From the NCBI GenBank assembly GCA_963815455.1, contig CAWFGO010000002.1:32001-96000 (forward strand): 64,000 nt of DNA, in the 5' to 3' direction. The translations under genes and the position numbers were made by a program. Of the stretch, positions 42,641 to 50,844 are shown one piece after another. Origin of the DNA: an uncultured Verrucomicrobiae bacterium (GTDB lineage: Bacteria; Verrucomicrobiota; Verrucomicrobiia; Chthoniobacterales; UBA10450). The notes beneath the pieces were generated by a model, which saw only the letters and a list, made by a program, of their open reading frames with translations, was not told the DNA's origin and did no database searches. The first letter of the stretch is position 1; each line of letters opens with the position of its first letter.

Positions 42641-43555
42641 CTGATTGTCGTCGTCGTGATGATGATGGTGCTTTCTCTTATTCTTCTTGTGCTTTCCGTG
42701 CTGGTCGTCCTCCGTATCGTTTGATGAAGATTCGTCCGCTTCTGCACTCGGGGCTGGCTTGGAAGGGCTAGGCGCTGGAGTGTGCATTTGAATGAAGCCG
42801 CCCGCTGTTCCGCTGCCAGACACTGGGGTAGTAGCCGGCTTGGGTGTCGGTTTGGGCACTTGAACCCCGTTAGGCACTGTCTGCCCGCTAACGTAGTCCT
42901 CTATTTTGCCGCTGGATTTAGGAAGACTGCCCGGCTTAAAAAAGCTCTCACTCTCGCACGTGACGGTTCTGCTGGCCAGCTCCTTGCCCGCGTAGTACTT
43001 TTTGCCGTCAACTTCAGTTACGACAACAGCGGCGGCGTTGGCACTGCGTCGACTGTGGTTTCCGCCGCCCGCGTCACTCACCTCCCTCAGAACAAAGCGA
43101 TAGCTCTCGCCCCGCCCGACCCGAAACTTACACCCCTTCGGAAAGTCTAGTATCGACGGCGGAAAGATTTTTTGGGGCCCGCCGTTCAAACTAAAATACA
43201 GCGCGACGTGGGGGTGTTTCTCTCCACCCCTCCAGTAGATCGTGGTCGTGCCCTTAGTTTGCCCACCGGGAATGGTAACGATGGGAGGACACATCAGGAC
43301 GAACGGAGGCTCAAACGGGCAATCGCGGACTTCGACCGGGCATCCCTCATCGTTGGCGTCGGGACTTGAGCCCGCGACGGTGACTGGAGGCAACGGGGCG
43401 CAAAGTGCGGCGAACAAGACGCATCCTTTTCCTGCAATCGAGAAGATTGCCGGCCAATAACTAGTTGTTTTCATATAATCGGTTCGCTGCTTCGCGTTTT
43501 TGTCGCCGCTTTGGGTCACCGGCGCTGATAGAATTGGGTGATGTTTTGTTTTCAT
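42623..43555 (-). CDS. Array unit 4: module B + Pro-rich linker + tail
   Basis: MKTKHHPILSAPVTQSGDK; PPIVTIPGGQTKGTTTIYW.GGEKHP; ADESSSNDTEDDQHGKHKKNKRKHHHHHDDDNQDQGND. Confidence 0.8.
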   Translation of the reverse strand: MKTKHHPILSAPVTQSGDKNAKQRTDYMKTTSYWPAIFSIAGKGCVLFAALCAPLPPVTVAGSSPDANDEGCPVEVRDCPFEPPFVLMCPPIVTIPGGQTKGTTTIYWRGGEKHPHVALYFSLNGGPQKIFPPSILDFPKGCKFRVGRGESYRFVLREVSDAGGGNHSRRSANAAAVVVTEVDGKKYYAGKELASRTVTCESESFFKPGSLPKSSGKIEDYVSGQTVPNGVQVPKPTPKPATTPVSGSGTAGGFIQMHTPAPSPSKPAPSAEADESSSNDTEDDQHGKHKKNKRKHHHHHDDDNQDQGND

Positions 43556-43612
43556 TGTTTTGGGTTCTGAGATTTTTCCCAGATTCAAGATGTCGATCTA
43601 ATCGTTGCCGCT
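43544..43612 (-). repeat. Array junction repeat J4 (42-bp spacer)
   Basis: GGCAACGAT TAG ATCGACATCTTGAATCTGGGAAAAATCTCAGAACCCAAAACA ATGAAAACAAAA. Confidence 0.9.
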
Positions 43613-43680
43613 ATCATCATCGTTGTCGTAATGGTGAATGGGTGTTTTTCTTGTGCTTTGCCGCTGCCGGTTGCTTCGGC

Positions 43681-44208
43681 CTAGTCACGGCACTCCATCA
43701 AATCCGTGGTGGACCAGCGTACCTTCTTGTTAGGGCTTCTCTTTTCGTAACCCATGCCGCCTGTGATCTGCCCTCGTTTTTTGCCTTCACGTTGAATCTC
43801 GAATCGAGGCCTGATCGTTGCGTCATAAACGCCCGTAAGCCCATTACTCCAAGAAATCTCGAAATGGATTTTATCTGCCGAAACCCAACCCGCGACTTTA
43901 CCCTCACCTGCTGTGCTCCTCCAATCCGCGGTCAGATACTGTGCGGTCCCTGTAAAGCGGCCCCCCTGGAAAGATAATGACAACTGATTCCGTTGTACTT
44001 GGTTATCCTGCGTAAACTCAAAATAAGAGATGGACCATCCTTTGGGGCACTGGCCTTTCACTGGAGAAGATAAAAACAGGATAACTAAAAGTAAGGCACT
44101 AAGACCCACGACGGGACGCACTCGACGAATCGGACGAGTGCTTTCGATTGCCTGGCTAGAAGTTTTGGCTCCAGATGCTGGCAGAATTGAATGATGTTTT
44201 GTTTTCAT
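43681..44208 (-). CDS. Array unit 5: module A; vestigial out-of-frame tail at 43598..43680
   Basis: MKTKHHSIL...QCPKGW...TGVYDATI...LMECRD*; downstream DNA still reads KHKKN / HHYDNDDDSGND*. Confidence 0.8.
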   Translation of the reverse strand: MKTKHHSILPASGAKTSSQAIESTRPIRRVRPVVGLSALLLVILFLSSPVKGQCPKGWSISYFEFTQDNQVQRNQLSLSFQGGRFTGTAQYLTADWRSTAGEGKVAGWVSADKIHFEISWSNGLTGVYDATIRPRFEIQREGKKRGQITGGMGYEKRSPNKKVRWSTTDLMECRD

Positions 44209-44265
44209 TGTTTTGGGTTCTGAGATTTTTCTCGGCTTGAAGATGTCGATCTAATCGTTGCCCTG
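44197..44265 (-). repeat. Array junction repeat J5 (42-bp spacer)
   Basis: CAGGGCAACGAT TAG ATCGACATCTTCAAGCCGAGAAAAATCTCAGAACCCAAAACA ATGAAAACAAAA. Confidence 0.9.
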
Positions 44266-44850
44266 CTCCTGATCGTCGTCGTGATGATGATGCTTTTTCT
44301 TATTCTTTTTGTGCTTTTTGTGCCAATCCTGCGTGTCGTTGGATGAAGATTCGGACATTGAGCTAGCGCCGGTTTTTTGCGGATTTGCATCCGCGCACTT
44401 CATGCTCCTGCTGCTGACCCAGTACACTCCGCTGGCGTCCCTGGCGCCGATATAACCTTCGATTATGCCACTAGCGCCGATGGTGCCCGTATAGCGGCGT
44501 GGAAGCCCATCTACGGTGTATGCCATCGTGAAGGCATTGCCGGAGATGTTTCCACTTATTGCATGGCCGGCCGTCGTCCCCGTAAGATTCGCACTCGCCC
44601 CTTCCCATTTACCCTGCCGCAGGTTGAGTGAAGAAATTCCCCCATTGCTCGTCCGCATTTCCCATTGTCCGCTGACATCCCAACGCTTGCACTGCGCTTG
44701 CGCTGGAGAAGGCAATAAGGCGCAGACTGAGATGAGCAAGATTCCGAAAAGTCCCAGGGCAAATGACCTGCCAGGGACGGTATTGTTTAGTTTTTGGTCA
44801 ACGCCTTTGGCATCCGCCGCTGATAGAGTTGAATTGTATTTTGTTTTCAT
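44251..44850 (-). CDS. Array unit 6 (first transcribed): module A + tail
   Basis: MKTKYNS...SPAQAQCKRW...MKCAD...SESSSNDTQDWHKKHKKNKKKHHHHDDDQEQGND. Confidence 0.8.
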   Translation of the reverse strand: MKTKYNSTLSAADAKGVDQKLNNTVPGRSFALGLFGILLISVCALLPSPAQAQCKRWDVSGQWEMRTSNGGISSLNLRQGKWEGASANLTGTTAGHAISGNISGNAFTMAYTVDGLPRRYTGTIGASGIIEGYIGARDASGVYWVSSRSMKCADANPQKTGASSMSESSSNDTQDWHKKHKKNKKKHHHHDDDQEQGND

Positions 44851-45004
44851 ATGCTTTGGGTTTTGAAACGGAATTGTCTTTAACCGTCAACGCGCAGGCC
44901 GGTGGCAAATCACGCCATTTTTTTTGTTACTTTTTCCGCAACCGGTGTGTCATGATCGGGCCGCAGGCGCGGTAATCTGGATTTTCGCGCGCGAAATTAT
45001 CCCG

Positions 45005-45631
45005 GTGAAATCATCTGCCCTCGATTCTGGAGCCTCCGAACAGGAGGGCGAAACGGCAACGCCAAACAAAGGCGAGGTGACGCGATGGCTGATCGCCGGC
45101 AGCGCGGGCGATGCTCACGCGCTCGAGTCTTTGCTCCCGCTGGTCTATGAAGAGCTGCATCGCCAGGCCGTCAGCTTCTTTCGCCGGGAACGCGCGGGAC
45201 ACACGCTTCAACCGACGGCATTGGTGAACGAAGTTTATCTGCGCCTCATCAATCAGCACGAGGTGAGCTGGCAGAATCGCGCGCAATTTTTCGGGATCGC
45301 CGCGCAAATGATGCGGCGCATCCTGGTAAGTCACGCCCGCGGCCGGGATGCGAAAAAGCGGGGTGGCGCAGGCCAGCAGATTACCTTGCAGGAGGAAATG
45401 GCGGCCGCGCCCGAACGCGACCTGAATCTGCTCGCCCTCGACGATGCGCTGACCAGGCTGGAGACGGTTGATCCGGACAAAAGTCGAATGGTGGAGCTGC
45501 GTTTCTTTAGCGGATTGTCGGTGGAAGAGACGGCGGAAGTAATGGGAGTTTCGTCGCGGACGATTGACCGGCAATGGCAAACGGCAAAAGCATGGCTGCA
45601 CCGGGAAATGAGCGCGGGAAAAGCGGCGTGA
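45005..45631 (+). CDS. ECF sigma-70 factor, kinase-associated (TIGR02999 / ECF43-like)
   Basis: LVYEELHRQA, HTLQPTALVNEVYLRL, WQNRAQFFGIAAQMMRRILV, ELRFFSGLS..E; start codon uncertain. Confidence 0.88.
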   Translation: MKSSALDSGASEQEGETATPNKGEVTRWLIAGSAGDAHALESLLPLVYEELHRQAVSFFRRERAGHTLQPTALVNEVYLRLINQHEVSWQNRAQFFGIAAQMMRRILVSHARGRDAKKRGGAGQQITLQEEMAAAPERDLNLLALDDALTRLETVDPDKSRMVELRFFSGLSVEETAEVMGVSSRTIDRQWQTAKAWLHREMSAGKAA

Positions 45632-48310
45632 CCTCAGAGAAGTGGAAGCAAGTCGAGGCGCTCTTCGAGCAGGCACTTGAAGTTCCGACTGCCGAACGGC
45701 CTCAATTTTTGCAAAGGATCGGTGACGACGAACTGCGTCGCGAGGTCGAGTCACTGCTTCAGGCCCACAATCAAGCCGGCGCTTTTATCGACGAACCGGA
45801 TCACTTCATTTCAACTGAAAGTCTGGAAGAAAATGGCGGTAGCTTTTTGCCCGGCGAGATCATCGATCGCTATCGCATTATCCGCGAGGTCGGGCGCGGC
45901 GGAATGGGCGCGGTTTTTCTGGCCGAGCGCGCCGACGATCAATATCAGAAACAGGTTGCGATCAAGCTGATCAAGCGCGGCACGGATACCGATTCTGTGC
46001 TGCGCCATTTTCGCAACGAGCGGCAGATTCTCGCCGGCTTCGATCATGCCAACATTGCCCGGCTCTTTGATGGCGGTACGACTGAGAGTGGTCTGCCCTA
46101 TTTCGTGATGGAGTACATCGAGGGACTTCCGATCGACGAGTACCTGCAACACACACGCGCTCTCGGTCGTTGAACGGTTGAAGCTCTTCCGCGAAGTCTG
46201 CGCCGCTGTTTCCTACGCCCATCGTCATCTTGTTATTCATCGGGACATCAAACGCTCAAATATTCTGATCACGGCGGACGGCGTGTCCAAGCTGCTCGAC
46301 TTCGGGATTGCAAAAATCCTTCAGCAAGGGGACCAGCCGCTGGCGACGATGACGGGGATGCGGCTGATGACGCCCGAGTGCGCCAGCCCGGAGCAGGTGC
46401 GAGGTCAGCCGGTGACTACGGCGAGTGATGTCTATTCGTTAGGCCTGGTGCTGTATGAATTACTCTGCGGCCGGGCGCCTTATCGATTCCCCAGTCAGAC
46501 ACCGCACGAAATCGCGCGCGTGATTACCGAGACCGAGCCGAAGAAGCCGAGCACGGCCTTCGCTCGAAGCGATGGAAGTTCACAAATTCCAAATCCCAAA
46601 ATATTGCGGGGCGATCTCGACAACATCGTGCTGATGGCGTTGCGCAAGGAGCCGGAGCGGCGCTACCAATCAGTAGAGCAATTCTCCGAAGATATCCGGC
46701 GGCACCTGGAAGCGCGGCCCGTTCACGCGCGCAAAGACACTTTCGGCTATCGCTCCGCCAAATTCGTGCGACGAAACAAGGCCGCGCTCGCCGCGGCCGC
46801 GCTCGTATTTCTTGTTCTGGTCGGCGGCATAGTTGCGACGAGCCGGCAGGCTCATATTGCCACGCGGGAAAAGACTCGCGCGGAGCGGCGCTTCAACGAC
46901 GTGCGCAAGCTGGCCAACAGCGTCTTGTTCGATTACCACGATGCGATCAAGGACTTGCCCGGCGCGACCAAGGTGCGGGAGCGATTGGTCAAGGATGGTT
47001 TGACTTACCTCGACAGTCTGGCCGGCGAAGCGCACGGCGACCCTGCCTTGCAGCGCGAGCTCGCCGCCGCTTACGAGAAAGTCGGCGACGTGCGCGGAGG
47101 AGAATCGAGCGGCAGCCTTGGCGACCTAGCTGGGGCGCTGGAGAGTTACACGAAGTCGCTCAGGATTCGCGAAGCCCTGGTAGCTCTGAATCCCAATGAC
47201 GCGCAGGCACGGCGCGGCCTCGCCAGCAGCCACCAAAAAATTGGCTACCGGCTGCTCGACACCGGCGAGGCGAGCAATGGCTTGGAGCATCTTCGGAAAG
47301 CTCTAACGCTTTACCTCGACCTGACGCGGGAACAGCCTGCCAATGACGACCTTCAGCTCGAGTTCGTCGATACCTACGACAAGCTTGGGCAAGCGATGAA
47401 AGTGCAGGGTGATCTCGTCGGCGCGCTTAAACAATATCGCGCAGCCTCGGCCATCTGCGAAGGGCCTGCCGCCCGCCATCCGCAAGACCAAAAGTACCGT
47501 CGCGCACTCTGGACCACCTACGAGCACACGGCGGATGTGCTGTATTTACAAGAAGCAGGCGCTGAAGCCCTCGCCGCCAACAGCAAAGCGCTCGCGCTGG
47601 GAGAAGCGTTGATCGCGGACGACCCCATCAACGCCGATTACCGCCGCGGCCTGGTGCTGAACTATAAGCGTGGTGGCGACTATCGCAGATGGACCGACCC
47701 GCGTGGCGCACTGGAGTACTTCCGCAGGGCGGTAGCACTCGACGAGGAGTTGCTCACGGCGGACCCGGCTAATGCGTTAACCCGTAAGGATCTTGGATAC
47801 TTGCACAAGAGGATAGCCGACTTCCTGGGGAATCTGCACGACGACTCTCAAGCTCTCTTGCACTTCCGTAAGGCGCTGGAGGCTTATCAACAGGTGGTCA
47901 CAGACGCCCCCACAGACTTGATCTCGCGATTCCTGGTCGCCACTTGTCGCGGTGGCGTGGCTCAGAGCCAGGCACGGCTGGGCGAGGTTGATCCTGCGCT
48001 GCAAGAATGTGGCAAAGCGATTGCCCTCCTCGGAGAGATTACTGAAGACGCGACAAACGCTCGTCAGCGGTTGAATAGAGCTCAGGCGTATGAAAATCTT
48101 GGCTCTGCCTACCTCGACGTGGCCACGTCCCCGAAAGCATCGACCAGCGAGACCACTCAGCGCATGAGCGCTGCTCGCGACATGTATCGGGAAAGCCTGA
48201 ATGTCCTCGATGACTTGCGTAGTCGCGGCATCTTGAACGCGGCCGACGAGGTTTGGGCGAAGGACATCGCTGGCCAGCTCGCCAAATGCGACACGGCTTT
48301 AGGCAAATAA
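45628..48310 (+). CDS. Membrane Ser/Thr kinase with C-terminal TPR region; +1 frameshift at ~46144
   Basis: GTG overlaps the ECF stop; GRGGMG, VAIK, HRDIK, DFG, SPEQ, one TM helix, helical repeats. Removing one C restores EYCNTHALSVVERLKLF. Confidence 0.88.
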
Positions 48311-48425
48311 GCGCAGGCCAGTCATTTCGAGCTCTGCGTTCCGGTTTACTCCTGAGTATTCACGGTCTCGCGTAAAAGGCAGAAACGTCTTGTTTCGCCT
48401 TGAGCGCTTCGTTTCAATCGCTCGC

Positions 48426-50300
48426 ATGAAACCTCTCGCCTGCATCGTGTTGGTTGCGATTGTCGTCCTTTCCGTCGTCTTCGGAACCTTGGCCCAAACG
48501 CCGCCGCCGACCGCGCCGTCGCCATCGCCCTCTCCGGCACAACGTCCCACTGATTATGATCTTCGCTGGGGTGTAAGGATCCCGATGCGCGACAAAGTCG
48601 AGCTGAACGCGACGATTTATTTTCCGAAAGCGGCCGACCCGGCTTCGCCCGCAACGGGCTCCGCCGCGGCGAGCGGTTCACAGGCAAAGACGCCGGTAAT
48701 CTTTACCCTGACGCCGTATATTTCCGACAGTTACCACGCGCGCGCGGCTTATTTCGCTTCGCATGGTTATACCTTTGCCCTTGTCGATGTTCGCGGCCGC
48801 GGAAATTCCGACGGCGAGTTCGAGCCGTTTGCGCAGGAGCCGCGCGATGGTCACGACGTGGCGGAATGGCTGGCGCAGCAACCGTTTTGCGACGGCAAAG
48901 TCGCGATGTGGGGTGGTTCGTATGCCGGTTTCGATCAATGGGCGACCGCGAAAGAACTGCCGCCGCACCTGGCTACGATCGTGCCCGCCGCCGCCGCGCA
49001 TCCGCCGCTGGATTATCCGTCGTATCAAAACGTCGGCGAAACCTACGACATGCAATGGTACACCTTTACCAGCGGCCGGGCCGGACAATCGAATCTCTTT
49101 AGCGATTCAAAATTCTGGCGCACAAAATTTCTCGACGCCTATAAAAAACACATCGCCTTCAAGACTCTCGATTCGTTCGTCGGCAATCCGTCGGTCAATT
49201 TCCAGCGGATCCTGAAACATCCCACTGCTGATGCCTATTACGACGCGATGGTGCCGAGCGTTGAGCAATACAAGAAGATCACGCTGCCGATCTTGACCAT
49301 CACCGGCCAGTACGACGGCGATGAGCTGGGTGCGATGACCTTTTACCGAAATCATATCGCAAACGCGTCGCCTGAGGTTCGCGCGAAACATTTCCTCATC
49401 ATCGGTCCGTGGGACCATGCCGGAACGCGCACGCCGACCGATGAATCGGCTGGCGTGAAATTTGGCCCGGGCGCGATTGTCGATCTAAACGATCTACACC
49501 GGCAATGGTACGACTGGACGATGAAGAGCGGGAAGAAACCGGAGTTCCTGAAAGACCAGGTCGCGTATTACGTTCTCGCAGCAGGCAACAGTGGGGCGAA
49601 CGGCGAATGGAAATATGCCGACGATTATGCCGCGCTGATTGCGAAACCGAAGACGTTCTATCTCGATTCAAAGACCAGCGACGCCAATGGCGTTTTCCGA
49701 TCCGGCGAATTGACCGAAGCCCAACCCAAGGAGGGCACGGATCAATACGTTTACGATCCGCTCGACACCAGCCGCGGTGAAAACGTCGAGGGCGTCGAGC
49801 CAAACGACAAGACAGCCGGCCTTGATCAGCGATTCGCGCTCAGCATCGGCAAGGATGGGCTTGTTTATCATACCGAGCTGCTAAAAACCGAGACGCCAAT
49901 AATTGGATGCCCAAAGGTTGCCCTGTGGTTGTCGATCGACACGCCGGATACCGACATCGAAGTCGACCTGTACGAAATCCAGCCCGATGGGACGAGCATT
50001 GCCTTGTGGAGCGATGTGCGCCGTCTGCGTTACCGCGACTCATTACGCGAAGCAAAGCCGGTGAAGCCGGGTGAAATCGTGAAATGCGATTTCGATCCGG
50101 GCTTGTTCGTTGCCCGGCGATTAATGAAAGGAAGCCGGCTGCGCCTCGTCGTTGCATCACCGAACTCGATCTTTTGGCAAAAAAATTACAACTCGGGCGG
50201 AGTTGTGGCCGACGAAACGGCCAAAGATGCGAAGACCTGCCACGTGAAAGTCTTTCACGACGCGGCGCACGCCAGCGCGATCGATCTGCCGCTGCGCTAA
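48426..50300 (+). CDS. CocE/NonD family serine hydrolase
   Basis: IPMRD, TPY, DVRGRGNSDG, WGGSYAG, IGPWDH. Confidence 0.93.
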   Translation: MKPLACIVLVAIVVLSVVFGTLAQTPPPTAPSPSPSPAQRPTDYDLRWGVRIPMRDKVELNATIYFPKAADPASPATGSAAASGSQAKTPVIFTLTPYISDSYHARAAYFASHGYTFALVDVRGRGNSDGEFEPFAQEPRDGHDVAEWLAQQPFCDGKVAMWGGSYAGFDQWATAKELPPHLATIVPAAAAHPPLDYPSYQNVGETYDMQWYTFTSGRAGQSNLFSDSKFWRTKFLDAYKKHIAFKTLDSFVGNPSVNFQRILKHPTADAYYDAMVPSVEQYKKITLPILTITGQYDGDELGAMTFYRNHIANASPEVRAKHFLIIGPWDHAGTRTPTDESAGVKFGPGAIVDLNDLHRQWYDWTMKSGKKPEFLKDQVAYYVLAAGNSGANGEWKYADDYAALIAKPKTFYLDSKTSDANGVFRSGELTEAQPKEGTDQYVYDPLDTSRGENVEGVEPNDKTAGLDQRFALSIGKDGLVYHTELLKTETPIIGCPKVALWLSIDTPDTDIEVDLYEIQPDGTSIALWSDVRRLRYRDSLREAKPVKPGEIVKCDFDPGLFVARRLMKGSRLRLVVASPNSIFWQKNYNSGGVVADETAKDAKTCHVKVFHDAAHASAIDLPLR

Positions 50301-50330
50301 GTGATCGTTAGCGCACCGCCCTTCTTCTCC

Positions 50331-50450
50331 GTCATTCTGAGCCCCGAACGCCTTCGGGGTCGAAGGATCCCGTTGCGCCAGCTTTAAGGTGCCAACCCGG
50401 GATCCCTCGACGGAGCCTGTCCTGAGCGAAGTCGAAGGGCTCGGGAAGAC
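50331..50450. repeat. GTCATTC.GAGC-type palindromic element with nested small palindromes
   Basis: gtcattctgagc[cccgaacgccttcggg]gtcgaaggatccc...gggatccctcgac...gctcgggaagac; related half-element at 54918..54980. Confidence 0.65.
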
Positions 50451-50456
50451 AGGCGA

Positions 50457-50822
50457 TTGACAACCCTGTTCGCCTCCGGCAAACAAGCCCGTTTGTCGCA
50501 ATTGCTCGTTGCACTACTGATTGCGGTGGCCGTCGATGCCGGCGCGAAGTCGGCAGGTAGCGGGCGCGACAGCGATTCACTCGACAAGCTCTCCGATGAT
50601 TTCTGGGCCTGGCGGGCCAAATACGCGCCGTTTACCGGCGACGATGTGAACCGAATGGAGCGGCCCGGCGGTAAGCGTGATTGGTCGCGGGCCGGGAACG
50701 CGCGAACATGCCACGTGAAAATTTATCACGATGCGACGCACGCCAGTGCCATGCAGCTGCCGTTGCGCGGACGGTTACTTGTCGATCTTAAAGCAAGCAT
50801 AACTAGGCTCGTCATGTTCTGA
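50457..50822 (+). pseudogene. Chimeric remnant: DUF885 N-terminus fused to CocE C-terminus
   Basis: DSLDKLSDDFWAWRAKYAPFTGDDVNRMERPGG (cf. 53309..53425) followed by ARTCHVKIYHDATHASAMQLPLR (cf. 50229..50297). Confidence 0.8.
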
Positions 50823-50844
50823 CGCGGTTGTTATCCTTCCCTAA

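Noticed and set aside
40053..44850. RiPP precursor cluster or diversity-generating retroelement
   Set aside because: The cores are 100+ aa folded domains with Sec-like signals. There are no modifying enzymes or reverse transcriptase, and differences between paralogs are not evidently adenine-specific.
40893..44870. Array junctions as integron attC sites or CRISPR repeats
   Set aside because: No RYYYAAC...GTTRRRY ends or long hairpin, and no intI or cas genes. Spacing is 0.6-1.1 kb and the repeat overlaps coding ends.
46140..46180. Programmed frameshift in the kinase
   Set aside because: No slippery heptamer; a single extra C in CC fits a sequencing error or point mutation better.
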